From a virus: DNA of 64,000 nucleotides. The stretch lies in the IMG/VR virus record IMGVR_UViG_3300042464_000422; one strand, given 5' to 3'. Both the position numbers and the translations under genes were made by a program. The notes beneath the pieces were generated by a model. That model searched no databases, was not told the origin of the DNA, and saw nothing but the letters and a program-made list of their open reading frames with translations. The stretch's first letter is position 1, and every line of letters starts with the position of its first letter. This document shows, piece by piece, positions 18,825 through 27,971 of the stretch.

Positions 18825-19670
18825 ATGATAGAAACAGGAAAAATAATAAATGGGGATTGTGTTGAGGTAATGAAAACACTACCTGAAGGAACGGTAGATC
18901 TGATTGTAACGTCTCCACCTTATGGGGTTGGCATTGCGTATGATGTTCACGAAGATGATGTTGAATTTGATGAATATGTTGAGTTTGCAAAAAATTGGTT
19001 AACAGAAGCGTATAGATTATTAAAAGATGATGGAAGAATCGCTTTGAATATTCCATATGAGATTAATCGTCAAAAAAAAGGAGGTCGTATCTTTTTTGTA
19101 TCTGAGATGTGGCAAATTATGAAAGAGATTGGTTATGGGTTCTTTGGAATCGTTGACCTTGAAGAACAATCACCACATAGAAGCAAGACAACGGCTTGGG
19201 GATCTTGGATGAGTCCTAGTTCACCATATATCTATAACCCAAAAGAATGTGTTATCTTAGCGTATAAGAAACAACACATCAAAAAAGTTAAAGGTCAACC
19301 ACAATGGACCGGAGTTCCAACTGATATTGAACAGGAAGATGGAACATTAAAGAAAAAAGTAGTTTATGAAGAGGAAGATAAGAAAGAGTTTATGGAGCTT
19401 GTTTTTGGTCAGTGGAATTATTTTGCAGATACAAAATCACTCACCAAGGCGACCTTCTCAATGGACATCCCAACGAAAGCAATCAAAATATTGTCCTACA
19501 AAAACGATGTAGTATTAGATCCGTTTGCGGGATCTGGAACAACTTTAGTGGCGGCAGAAATATTAAATCGTAGATGGTTAGGAATTGAATTATCACCTAA
19601 TTATATGGAAATTGCTTTAGAAAGAGTTAGTTTATTTGCGAATCAGAAATCACTCTTTGATCAAAATTGA
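18825..19670 (+). CDS. beta-class DNA amino-methyltransferase (N6A or N4C), SPPY motif
   Basis: DLIVTSPPYGVG (motif IV) near the N-terminus and FAGSGTT (motif I) near the C-terminus, which is the beta-class order. Confidence 0.8.
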   Translation: MIETGKIINGDCVEVMKTLPEGTVDLIVTSPPYGVGIAYDVHEDDVEFDEYVEFAKNWLTEAYRLLKDDGRIALNIPYEINRQKKGGRIFFVSEMWQIMKEIGYGFFGIVDLEEQSPHRSKTTAWGSWMSPSSPYIYNPKECVILAYKKQHIKKVKGQPQWTGVPTDIEQEDGTLKKKVVYEEEDKKEFMELVFGQWNYFADTKSLTKATFSMDIPTKAIKILSYKNDVVLDPFAGSGTTLVAAEILNRRWLGIELSPNYMEIALERVSLFANQKSLFDQN

Positions 19671-20006
19671 ATCTCCCTCGGTGATATCGTATTTGATACA
19701 ATCACCACCATTGATCTCTAAGATCATATCACCAACACCTTCATAGTGGGAACATTTCGTATTGTCTTGTTCCCTACATGGAGGACAGTCACTGTAAATT
19801 TTTTGAATTTTACCGTCTGATATGTAAATGATGTCTAAAGAAATCAAACAATCTTTCATCCAAAATGAATGATAACCTTCATTCATTACAAATAACATTC
19901 CATTAAATGTGTCATTAAATTTTTTACCTTTCATCCCTTCTTGAATGTCTTTATCAGTTATTGCTGATTTGACATTAAAAAGATTATTGTTTATTATTAT
20001 TTCCAT
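19650..20006 (-). CDS. DUF192-family protein
   Basis: FWMKDCLISLDIIYISDGKI...MILEINGGDCIKYDITEGDSI resembles DUF192 (COG1430). Minus strand, convergent with the methyltransferase gene. Confidence 0.5.
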   Translation of the reverse strand: MEIIINNNLFNVKSAITDKDIQEGMKGKKFNDTFNGMLFVMNEGYHSFWMKDCLISLDIIYISDGKIQKIYSDCPPCREQDNTKCSHYEGVGDMILEINGGDCIKYDITEGDSILIKE

Positions 20007-20025
20007 ATTTATAAATATAGGAGGT

Positions 20026-20445
20026 ATGAAGAAAAATAAAAGATTTTCCGGTATATTAGTTAAATGTAATGATAAGGTATTGTTGTGTAAGAGAAGTAAT
20101 GATAATACTTTACCTGGCGTTTGGTCAATACCTGGTGGTGGGATAGAAGATGGGGAAAGTCCTGAAGATGCTGCTCGTAGAGAGTTTTATGAAGAAACAA
20201 ATATCAAAGTTGATGGTAATTTAGATTTAGTTGGATTTATTGATCGTTATAATAAAGACGGGACTTATTTAAAAGGATTTATGTATGTGTACTCTTTAGA
20301 GGTGGATGAAGAGATTTATCCCGATTTAGAAAACGCAGTTGATGGTGGAGAACATACTGAATGTGGTTACTTTGGTATTAATAATTTACCATTGGATAAA
20401 AAAAATGATGAATTTTATAATATTATTGTAAATAATTTAAAATAA
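20026..20445 (+). CDS. NUDIX hydrolase
   Basis: Nudix box GGGIEDGESPEDAARREFYEETNI. The start is moved to ATG 20026, which is preceded by AGGAGG at 20019-20024. Confidence 0.75.
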   Translation: MKKNKRFSGILVKCNDKVLLCKRSNDNTLPGVWSIPGGGIEDGESPEDAARREFYEETNIKVDGNLDLVGFIDRYNKDGTYLKGFMYVYSLEVDEEIYPDLENAVDGGEHTECGYFGINNLPLDKKNDEFYNIIVNNLK

Positions 20446-20536
20446 AATTGAATTTTGGTAAATAATGGTATATTTATATCATACAAAAACAACCAAAATC
20501 CCCCTTCTCAGTTATTTAATGGTTAATCAAAACATA

Positions 20537-20586
20537 ATCCCATAATTTTTTTAAAAAAAAAGTTGTGGGATTTTTTGTTTTTGTTT
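20537..20586 (+). terminator. long AT-rich hairpin (about 16 bp, aatcccataattttttt / aaaaaaagttgtgggatt) followed by TTTTTTGTTTTTGTTT
   Basis: Inverted repeat plus T-rich tail between the NUDIX gene and the promoter of 20641. Confidence 0.5.
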
Positions 20587-20606
20587 GGCAGTTTAAAAAA
20601 TAGTAT

Positions 20607-20614
20607 TACCTTTG
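20607..20614 (+). promoter_or_regulatory. -7 element TACCTTTG with a -33 TTG (20585-20587), 20-nt spacing
   Basis: Good Bacteroidetes sigma-A architecture, 27 nt upstream of the ATG at 20641. Confidence 0.55.
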
Positions 20615-20640
20615 TAGTGTAATTAAAAACATAAACAATT

Positions 20641-21099
20641 ATGACAACTACAAAAACCAACACAATTATCACAGTTAATGAAGGAACAATGGCTGGTGAC
20701 GTATTCTACGGATCTTTTAGTACAATCGTTAAAAACAAGGTACATAAGGTACTAGTTACTAATCATCTTAAAGATGAGAATCAAGAATATGAATTCCGTA
20801 TCGCGGGAAAATGTAGAGCAGGGTTTATTAGTATCCACGATACTAAAGGAACACCTTCTAGTGTTATTCGTGGGTATAAGAAAAATGTATTAGTTAACAT
20901 CCAAATGAAAAATGAGTTTGGTCATTGGATGAATGTTTATACTACTAAAGGTGGTAAGTGGTTTTCAATAGATAAAGCATTCTTGGAAACATTAACTGTT
21001 GGGACTATGAGAGAATCATTCCCTGATATGTGTGACATGAATATTTGGACCCGAATGGGAGCAAAAACTTGGGCTGATAAAGCGTTTAGTCAAAATTAA
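20641..21099 (+). CDS. hypothetical protein (152 aa) in a monocistronic unit with a strong promoter and terminator; likely abundant
   Basis: Flanked upstream by a promoter and downstream by a perfect GC hairpin terminator. Confidence 0.6.
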   Translation: MTTTKTNTIITVNEGTMAGDVFYGSFSTIVKNKVHKVLVTNHLKDENQEYEFRIAGKCRAGFISIHDTKGTPSSVIRGYKKNVLVNIQMKNEFGHWMNVYTTKGGKWFSIDKAFLETLTVGTMRESFPDMCDMNIWTRMGAKTWADKAFSQN

Positions 21100-21106
21100 T
21101 TAATCT

Positions 21107-21137
21107 TCCCCCCTTAATTGGGGGGATTTAAATTTTA
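21107..21137 (+). terminator. rho-independent terminator (CCCCCC-TTAATT-GGGGGG followed by ATTTAAATTTT)
   Basis: The 6-7-bp all-GC stem is conspicuous in an AT-rich genome; T-rich tail. Confidence 0.8.
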
Positions 21138-21142
21138 AAACA

Positions 21143-21472
21143 ATGGGAACTTACATTTATACTTACAAGAAGAAATTAGATAAGAAGGCAACTCTTGATG
21201 GACAAGAGGTTATAGTTGGAGAAGCAACTTTCTTGTGTAGACAAGATTGGTCTGGAAATTACACACCACAAGAAAAACGTGAAATGACAAGATCAGCATC
21301 TTTACTTGAACACGATCAACCGGAATATATTACATTCGGTGAAGAAGTTTATAAAAATAATAAACGTGGTCTTTGGAGTGATGGTAGTGGTTTTTGGTCA
21401 GGAATTGATTATAAAAACGACTATGTTGGTAAGTTAGAAAAACAAGGTAAAAAATATATAATAACAAAATAA
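21143..21472 (+). CDS. hypothetical protein
   Basis: 109-aa ORF. Confidence 0.5.
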   Translation: MGTYIYTYKKKLDKKATLDGQEVIVGEATFLCRQDWSGNYTPQEKREMTRSASLLEHDQPEYITFGEEVYKNNKRGLWSDGSGFWSGIDYKNDYVGKLEKQGKKYIITK

Positions 21473-21473
21473 T

Positions 21474-21926
21474 ATGGGAAGTGTAATTGATAATATCGAA
21501 TGTCCAAACTGTAAACAAGAAGCGTTTAGCGACTTCTATTATAAAACAGGAGAAGAATATATAGGTTGTAATAATTGTGGTTATCGTAGATTGGCATTTT
21601 ATAAAAGAGATGAGAACGGTAAACTTGTAACCGAAGATGGTACTGATAATTATAAATTTGAAAATCTTATTATGGAATTTTCGGAACTTAAAAATCCATA
21701 TGGATCATATAGGATAAAGACCTACAACTCACCGGCAACACAGATAGGTTCATTTGAAAATGAAGAACAATATAATGAGTTTAAGTTACAACTTGAAGGG
21801 GATGTTGAAATTGAGTTTTGTTCCGTGTCAAAATTTGTTGATGGTGAAATAAAAGTTGAAGTTTTAATTGATAATGGGCCACAAATTGATTCATCAGGAT
21901 TTACACATGAAGATAATTTTTTATAA
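21474..21926 (+). CDS. hypothetical protein with an N-terminal zinc ribbon (CPNC...CNNCG)
   Basis: 150-aa ORF; ATG 2 nt after the upstream stop. Confidence 0.5.
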   Translation: MGSVIDNIECPNCKQEAFSDFYYKTGEEYIGCNNCGYRRLAFYKRDENGKLVTEDGTDNYKFENLIMEFSELKNPYGSYRIKTYNSPATQIGSFENEEQYNEFKLQLEGDVEIEFCSVSKFVDGEIKVEVLIDNGPQIDSSGFTHEDNFL

Positions 21927-21955
21927 TAAAAATTTGTTATTGTAAAATAGTTTAC

Positions 21956-21963
21956 TATCTTTG
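21956..21963 (+). promoter_or_regulatory. -7 element TATCTTTG with a -33 TTG (21934-21936)
   Basis: 17 nt upstream of the ATG at 21980. Confidence 0.5.
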
Positions 21964-21979
21964 TTTAAAATTATAGAAT

Positions 21980-22264
21980 ATGTCAAAACCAACAATTACA
22001 GGATACACATTAAAAGTCATCAACGAGAACATGGGTGTGTTAATTGATGAGAAGTTTATGGATCAGATTCAATTCAAATTGTTTCTAAAAATGATTCATG
22101 GATCAATTGAGTTAAAACACAATTTAAGTTTTTACAATGGTGATACATTTTTAGTTCACATTCCATATAAAATTTTGGTTAACTCTGTAATTATTAGTAA
22201 TGAGAGTGAGATCTTAATGTCAGAACAAGTTAAGAGTAAGATTGAATCATTAGTAACACAATAG
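21980..22264 (+). CDS. hypothetical protein
   Basis: 94-aa ORF. Confidence 0.5.
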   Translation: MSKPTITGYTLKVINENMGVLIDEKFMDQIQFKLFLKMIHGSIELKHNLSFYNGDTFLVHIPYKILVNSVIISNESEILMSEQVKSKIESLVTQ

Positions 22265-22267
22265 ATT

Positions 22268-22720
22268 ATGAAGAGAATATTTTTTTTATTAGTATTATCC
22301 TTGGGTTTGTTTTCTTGTGAGAAACAAGTAATTGAACCGGGAGTGTATCAACCACCGGTTCCTACTAACCCAAACCCACAGGATACTACAGAGTATTCAT
22401 TGGTTGGACAAACTTGGGTGATCAAACAATACCGTATTGGTGAAATGGGATTACCATTGGATATGACCCCACCTGATACAATTAAATTTATCACAAAGAG
22501 TGTGTATAAGTATAATTCAATGGGACCATATAACTATGGGTTTAATTCAGTTGGAACTGTTTATTCTTTAACATTGAATTACACAATATTTGGGTATTTG
22601 ACTGGTAATCTGAATAAGGTTAATTTAGAAATGGGATATATAATTGGGGGTAGATTTACAGATATTTCAATAGGTGTGGTTAATCCTCCAAACTACTACC
22701 TTTGGATTGAAAGAATATAG
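22268..22720 (+). CDS. putative lipoprotein (signal peptide + lipobox LFSC)
   Basis: MKRIFFLLVLSLGLFSCEKQ is an SPII lipobox. Confidence 0.55.
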   Translation: MKRIFFLLVLSLGLFSCEKQVIEPGVYQPPVPTNPNPQDTTEYSLVGQTWVIKQYRIGEMGLPLDMTPPDTIKFITKSVYKYNSMGPYNYGFNSVGTVYSLTLNYTIFGYLTGNLNKVNLEMGYIIGGRFTDISIGVVNPPNYYLWIERI

Positions 22721-22722
22721 AT

Positions 22723-23202
22723 ATGGGAACAAATTATTACAGAATACCAACTGTAAATGAATTGGAAACAAGACGAAATCGTCTTATGTCTAGAATTAGA
22801 CAAATGGAATTAAATGTGGAATCAGTTAGTAAAGATTTTACGATTGGGGATCCTACTAAATTTGACAATTGGTCACCTTGGGATGAGTTTAGTGATAATG
22901 TAAAAGTTCATTTAGGTAAACGTAGTATGGGGTGGAAGTTCCTTTGGAATTTTAATGATGATAAGTATTTTAAGGATAAAGAATCACTATTTAAATTCAT
23001 TAGATCAGGACGTATTATAGATGAATACGGAAATGAAATGAGTCAGGAAAAATTCATTGTTATGGCTCTTTCTTGGGGTAAGGAAGATGGGTATGATATT
23101 GAGTCATACTATTTGGAATATCCTGAACGTAGAACTTCCTGGAGTAAACCTGAACGTTATGTGGATGGATTAAGAATATCAGATTCAACAAACTTTAGTT
23201 AA
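22723..23202 (+). CDS. hypothetical protein
   Basis: 159-aa ORF. Confidence 0.5.
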   Translation: MGTNYYRIPTVNELETRRNRLMSRIRQMELNVESVSKDFTIGDPTKFDNWSPWDEFSDNVKVHLGKRSMGWKFLWNFNDDKYFKDKESLFKFIRSGRIIDEYGNEMSQEKFIVMALSWGKEDGYDIESYYLEYPERRTSWSKPERYVDGLRISDSTNFS

Positions 23203-23261
23203 TTTTCCTTGTTTAGTAAAACAAGGTGGTGGAGTCGGACAATTCGTTGTCGACCTTTAAA

Positions 23262-23287
23262 GGGAGGGGTTAACCTTCCCTTTTTTT
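23262..23287 (+). terminator. hairpin (GGGAGGG/CCTTCCC, 7 bp with one G-U) followed by T7; overlaps the 3' end of the minus-strand sigma gene
   Basis: agggaggggttaaccttccc then ttttttt. A second near-palindrome, gtcggacaattcgttgtcgac, lies at 23237-23257. Confidence 0.55.
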
Positions 23288-23830
23288 ATTTAGTTTTTCT
23301 AAATAAGATTTAACATTTGCTTTTGCTTTAAATAAATTTGATTTTGAGGTCCCATCACTAATTCCTAATTCATCGGCAATTTCTTGGTGAGACATATTTT
23401 CAAAATAATACATATTAAAAATTCTTTTATATGATGGTGATAAACTTTCCATCGCATCTTTAATATCTGACATAGAAAAAATGGGTTCTTCATTTGGTAT
23501 ATCCTCAAGACCTAAATCTTCATAACCAAAATCAACATCTTTTCTTTTTGGAGATCTTTTTTCTTTTCTTAATTCATCAATAATTGTATTTTTTATAATA
23601 CGTTGAATCCAACCTTCAAGGCTACCTGAACCATCGTACATAGACATTTTTTGGTGAACTTTAATAAACCCTAATTGACAAAAATCATTTGCCTTTTCTA
23701 TATCACCATTTGCATATCTTAAACAAATTTGTTTAAATAGTTTTGGGTATAATCTTTTATATTCAAGATCAAAATTAAAACCTTCATTTAATAGGTGTTG
23801 ATATTGTAACTCAGTCAAGATAATTTTCAT
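23270..23830 (-). CDS. ECF-type sigma-70 family RNA polymerase sigma factor
   Basis: Region-2-like segment (LGFIKVHQKM...GWIQRIIKNTIIDELRK) and region-4 HTH (YYFENMSHQEIADELGISDGTSKSNLFKAK). Confidence 0.75.
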   Translation of the reverse strand: MKIILTELQYQHLLNEGFNFDLEYKRLYPKLFKQICLRYANGDIEKANDFCQLGFIKVHQKMSMYDGSGSLEGWIQRIIKNTIIDELRKEKRSPKRKDVDFGYEDLGLEDIPNEEPIFSMSDIKDAMESLSPSYKRIFNMYYFENMSHQEIADELGISDGTSKSNLFKAKANVKSYLEKLNKKREG

Positions 23831-23865
23831 ACATATAAATAGTTGTTTATTAAAAAAAAATTTTC

Positions 23866-23874
23866 TATATTTTG
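23866..23874 (+). promoter_or_regulatory. imperfect -7-like element TATATTTTG directly abutting the ATG (G, then 3 nt, then ATG)
   Basis: Same arrangement as the TATATTTG-N4-ATG sites at 40353 and 58346. Confidence 0.3.
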
Positions 23875-23877
23875 ATT

Positions 23878-24279
23878 ATGGAAAAAATATTATATATTGT
23901 TCGTGGAATTCCAGGATCCGGTAAATCCACATTTGCCAAATCTTTAGGTGGTACTCACTTTGAAACTGATATGTTTTTTATGAAAGACGGTGAGTATAAA
24001 TTTGATATGTTTAAACTTAAAGAGGCTCATAAATGGTGCCAGGATAGTGTTTATAGTGCAATGCTATTAAATCATACTGCGTTATTAAACAACGTAATTG
24101 TTGTTTCAAACACATTCACTCAAGAATGGGAAATGAAACCATATTTTGAAATGGCGGAATATTTTGAATATAAAATTTTTTCCATAATTGTGGAAAACAG
24201 GCACGGTGGTATTAACGAACATAATGTACCTGAAGAAACATTAACCTCAATGAGAAATCGGTTTGAAATAAATTTGTAG
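23878..24279 (+). CDS. P-loop kinase, polynucleotide-kinase-like (Walker A GIPGSGKST)
   Basis: YIVRGIPGSGKSTFAK parallels the T4 Pnkp kinase motif GCPGSGKST. The start is moved from the track's TTG to ATG 23878. Confidence 0.6.
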   Translation: MEKILYIVRGIPGSGKSTFAKSLGGTHFETDMFFMKDGEYKFDMFKLKEAHKWCQDSVYSAMLLNHTALLNNVIVVSNTFTQEWEMKPYFEMAEYFEYKIFSIIVENRHGGINEHNVPEETLTSMRNRFEINL

Positions 24280-24281
24280 TT

Positions 24282-25196
24282 ATGAGTAGATTAGATAAAT
24301 TAAAAGAACAACATCCTGAATTAAACATTACAATTATTGATCTTATTGGTATGATAGATCCTACCGATACTTACAAGTATTCGGAGTTTCTAATTAAAAT
24401 TTTGAAAAATTGGTATGATAATATGGACATACGATATGGAATTGGGGTTGATCTTTTTGGTGATGAGAATGTAGAGACCTTAAATGAGTTTGAAAAACAT
24501 TGTAAGGCAAAAAGAATTGAAAAAAACGATATTAGTCAACATACCACCTTTATAACTTTACAAAGTGAGGTTAATAAGGCTAAAGAAATTCTTAGATTGA
24601 AAGAGTTAGAAAAACAAACCAAAAAATTACTTGAACACGGAGAATGGTTGGTTATGATACCATTAAGTTATGAAGCGGCGAAGTTATATGGGGCAAATAC
24701 TAAATGGTGTATAACTGAATTAAAATATTGGAATAACTATGTTGAGAATTATAAAATTATTTATGTGATCAATAGAAGTACGGATGTTAAATACGCTATC
24801 TCTAGAGATAAAACGGATAATAAAGATTTAAAAGCGTGGTTGTCTGATGATAGTGAGACAAGTCCATTACTATTAAATATACCTCAGGAAATATGGTCGG
24901 TGGTAATACCTGAATTACAAAAAGAAGAATCAATATGGGATTTACTACCAGATAATAATAAGATTATTCCACATAATTTGGGTTCGGATAACATCCTTGA
25001 TAGAGTGAGAAATTTATTAATCAGCAATAGTACGGGCACAACAAATTTGACCGGAGGTTATATGGGTGACATAAATACTGATTTCCGCACTGACGCATAT
25101 AAAACTTACAGTACATATGGTACATATGGAGATGATTTTGAAAAGTATTTAAGAGAATATATGTATACGTCAGATGAATCAATTGATTTACCTTAA
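24282..25196 (+). CDS. member B of the 'KWC-core' paralog family
   Basis: Core LSYEAAKLYGANTKWCITELKYWNNYVENYKIIYVINR. Confidence 0.6.
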   Translation: MSRLDKLKEQHPELNITIIDLIGMIDPTDTYKYSEFLIKILKNWYDNMDIRYGIGVDLFGDENVETLNEFEKHCKAKRIEKNDISQHTTFITLQSEVNKAKEILRLKELEKQTKKLLEHGEWLVMIPLSYEAAKLYGANTKWCITELKYWNNYVENYKIIYVINRSTDVKYAISRDKTDNKDLKAWLSDDSETSPLLLNIPQEIWSVVIPELQKEESIWDLLPDNNKIIPHNLGSDNILDRVRNLLISNSTGTTNLTGGYMGDINTDFRTDAYKTYSTYGTYGDDFEKYLREYMYTSDESIDLP

Positions 25197-25207
25197 ATAA
25201 AAAGAAT

Positions 25208-25861
25208 ATGAAATTTGATAAAATATTAACAACAGGTAGAGTGTGGGTCACATCGGATCCACATTACAACCATAAAAACATTTGTAGAGGGGTAACGAAT
25301 TGGAGAACCCAAGATGGTGAGATTCCTATTAATAGTACAAGAGATTTTCACACAATAGATCTAATGAATAATGTTTTAGTGGATAACATAAACTCAAAAG
25401 TTGGACAGAACGACACATTAATTATATTGGGTGATGTTGCGTTCGGTGGTTTTGAAAGTATTAGAATTTTCTTGGATCGTTTGGTGTGTAAGAATATTCA
25501 TTTAGTTATGGGTAATCATGATCAACACATAAGAAACAATAGAGATAACATCAAAGATATGTTTTTATCTGTGAGCGATTACCTCCAAGTTAATATTGAC
25601 GGTGCCGATTTTGTTATGACACATTATCCATTTGAAAGTTGGAATGGTCTTAATAAAGGTGTTATACACCTTCACGGACACGTTCACTTACCTGCAAGTA
25701 AAAAGTGGGGTAAAGGTAAACGATTAGATGTTGGTGTTGATGGTAACAATCTATCACCATATAGTATAACTGAAATTGTACATATGATGGATAAACGAGA
25801 TATCGTTCCTGAAATGGAAGGTGATCACCATTTAGATGATTTAATTGGGGTTATTGGATAA
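25208..25861 (+). CDS. calcineurin-like metallophosphoesterase
   Basis: Motifs SDPHYNH (DxH), ILGDVAFGG (GD), GNHD, HGHVH. Confidence 0.75.
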   Translation: MKFDKILTTGRVWVTSDPHYNHKNICRGVTNWRTQDGEIPINSTRDFHTIDLMNNVLVDNINSKVGQNDTLIILGDVAFGGFESIRIFLDRLVCKNIHLVMGNHDQHIRNNRDNIKDMFLSVSDYLQVNIDGADFVMTHYPFESWNGLNKGVIHLHGHVHLPASKKWGKGKRLDVGVDGNNLSPYSITEIVHMMDKRDIVPEMEGDHHLDDLIGVIG

Positions 25862-25888
25862 TTTAATATCCTCAATATATTTATTAGT

Positions 25889-27127
25889 ATGAAAATTATT
25901 ATAACTGAAAGTCAATGTAGAATTATTAATGAGGCGTTAGGTGTTCCTGACAATATTCTTGATGCCGCAGAAAAACTATTTGAGATAGTATCTAAAGATA
26001 TTCAAACCATTAATACCAAACAAGAAGAATATAATTTTGAGGGGGATTTAGATATTGAGTTAGGGTATAATAAAAAAATAATTATTGATCATTATGAGTT
26101 ATCGGTTGAGGTAAAAGAATTTGATGAATACAATGGTGAACCGGATGTTCTATCAATGGGTATGGGTCAAACATTTAGGTTTGATAGAAAAATTATGATG
26201 AAAAAAGTTAAACCATCAACGAATGCCGCTTTAGTAATAACATTTGCGGTTTCACCATATTGGGAACCTAACCAGTTATATGAAACTTTAATAAAAAACA
26301 AGAGTGAACATTTATCTTCACTAGCGCATGAACTAAAACATAAGTACGATAAACAAGCGAAACAAACTGATTTAATCGGTAGAGATGTAAAATATAGTGC
26401 AACACAAAAAATCTCTACATTTGGAATACCTGTGATAGATAAACAATTTTTTAGGTATATGTACTATACTTCTATTGCTGAAAATTTAGTAAGACCAACT
26501 GAAATTGCATCTGGACTTAAAAGTGAAAATATAACAAAATCTCAATTCAGGGAATTTTTACAAAACAATAGAGTTTATAAAGAATTAATTGAAATTAAAA
26601 ATTTTACATACGAAAAACTTATTGAAGGTTTGTATGAAAGGATGGACAGAGTGGATGCATTACTTAACCATATTGGAGAAGATACGGATGAAATGACGGA
26701 TCAAGAAAAAGTTGAAAGAGTACTAGAACTTGTATTTATAAATCTTGCAAATATAAAAATTGAAATATTTGATGAAATGGTTAGTACTGAGAACGATATG
26801 TTAAAAAGTTTTTTTAGACAAATGGTGGGTAATGTACCTTCATTTATGGAAGATGATGAAGAAAAAAACGTGGATAAAGTAAGGAGAAAAATTATAAATA
26901 GTATTGTTAAATATGAAAAAGACCCCTTAAGATTCTTCCAAGACGAGTGCGAAAAATTTAATTACATTACAACAAAAATGTTGAAAAAAATTGGTAAACT
27001 TTATGCTATGGCAAAAGATGATGAACCGGTTAATGAATCTATCATTAATTGGGAACTTCATCAGAAGTTAATGGAAAAAAAGTATGGAAAAAGACCAATA
27101 CACAAAAAAATTTCTTACTTAAAGTAA
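25889..27127 (+). CDS. hypothetical protein (412 aa)
   Basis: Long intact ORF with no recognisable motif. Confidence 0.55.
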   Translation: MKIIITESQCRIINEALGVPDNILDAAEKLFEIVSKDIQTINTKQEEYNFEGDLDIELGYNKKIIIDHYELSVEVKEFDEYNGEPDVLSMGMGQTFRFDRKIMMKKVKPSTNAALVITFAVSPYWEPNQLYETLIKNKSEHLSSLAHELKHKYDKQAKQTDLIGRDVKYSATQKISTFGIPVIDKQFFRYMYYTSIAENLVRPTEIASGLKSENITKSQFREFLQNNRVYKELIEIKNFTYEKLIEGLYERMDRVDALLNHIGEDTDEMTDQEKVERVLELVFINLANIKIEIFDEMVSTENDMLKSFFRQMVGNVPSFMEDDEEKNVDKVRRKIINSIVKYEKDPLRFFQDECEKFNYITTKMLKKIGKLYAMAKDDEPVNESIINWELHQKLMEKKYGKRPIHKKISYLK

Positions 27128-27147
27128 ATTAATCAAAATTTTTTTAT

Positions 27148-27155
27148 TATCTTTG
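27148..27155 (+). promoter_or_regulatory. -7 element TATCTTTG, 7 nt upstream of the ATG at 27163
   Basis: TAnnTTTG match; a very short leader is implied. Confidence 0.4.
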
Positions 27156-27162
27156 TTCTTAT

Positions 27163-27342
27163 ATGAAAAAACCATGTAAGGAATGTCCTCATTTTATCAA
27201 AAATCATCACAATGATATGATTGTTAGTTTTGCCGAAAGAACCGGTAAAAAACATAATTGTCATATGACGGAAGGAAAAAAAGATTTGTGGAATGTAACG
27301 GATAAGAAACTTGAATGTTATGGTAGTAGAAAGGACAGTTAA
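27163..27342 (+). CDS. small Cys/His-rich zinc-finger-like protein (59 aa); missed by the 60-aa cutoff
   Basis: MKKPCKECPHFIKNHHNDMIVSFAERTGKKHNCHMTEGKKDLWNVTDKKLECYGSRKDS, with a promoter box immediately upstream. Confidence 0.4.
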   Translation: MKKPCKECPHFIKNHHNDMIVSFAERTGKKHNCHMTEGKKDLWNVTDKKLECYGSRKDS

Positions 27343-27601
27343 GAAGAAATATATCATTGTGTTTTTAAGTGCTTCGGTTCTTGAAATTGGGAGTACTTTT
27401 TACATTAGTGTGGTCTCAGATAAGGATTATCTTGGTATGATGTTTTTTGCATTTATTGGGCCATTTCTATCATTACCATTTGTTGGTTTTATGGTTGAAT
27501 CAAAAACTTGGAAAGAAAGATTAAAACTTGCTTTATGGTCAGGTTTTGGTTATTTGATTGGTTCATTAATAACTATTATATTTTTTGAAATATTAAAATG
27601 A
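27311..27601 (+). CDS. small membrane protein (true start may be an internal Met)
   Basis: Hydrophobic segments; overlaps the zinc-finger ORF. Confidence 0.4.
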   Translation: MNVMVVERTVKKKYIIVFLSASVLEIGSTFYISVVSDKDYLGMMFFAFIGPFLSLPFVGFMVESKTWKERLKLALWSGFGYLIGSLITIIFFEILK

Positions 27602-27960
27602 AAAAAAAAGAAACAAAATTTGGAACCTATATAGATATGGAAACAAAAAGTAACTCAGAAATAACCGGAGATAAAATCACGGTATTCGTAGAAAGATTAA
27701 AAAAGATTGGTATTGAAGTTAAACTTGTGGGTAACTATCCTTGGGTTTATATTGATGAAATCTGTGGTATTAAAGTAAAAGAGAAGTTCGCGGGTAATCA
27801 CGGGTTTACTATAATCTTTCTTCCTGTAAGAACTGACACACCGCCAAGCGATTTTACCGATATTGGGGAGACATTCAAATTGATAAGAAAATACAGTAGA
27901 CAAGCTCTATTGGTAAAACTTATGAAAGATGATGAAGAAAGTGGAATGTATGAAAATTAA
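27598..27960 (+). CDS. hypothetical protein
   Basis: 120-aa ORF with an ATGA overlap. Confidence 0.5.
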   Translation: MKKKETKFGTYIDMETKSNSEITGDKITVFVERLKKIGIEVKLVGNYPWVYIDEICGIKVKEKFAGNHGFTIIFLPVRTDTPPSDFTDIGETFKLIRKYSRQALLVKLMKDDEESGMYEN

Positions 27961-27971
27961 AAAAAATAAAA

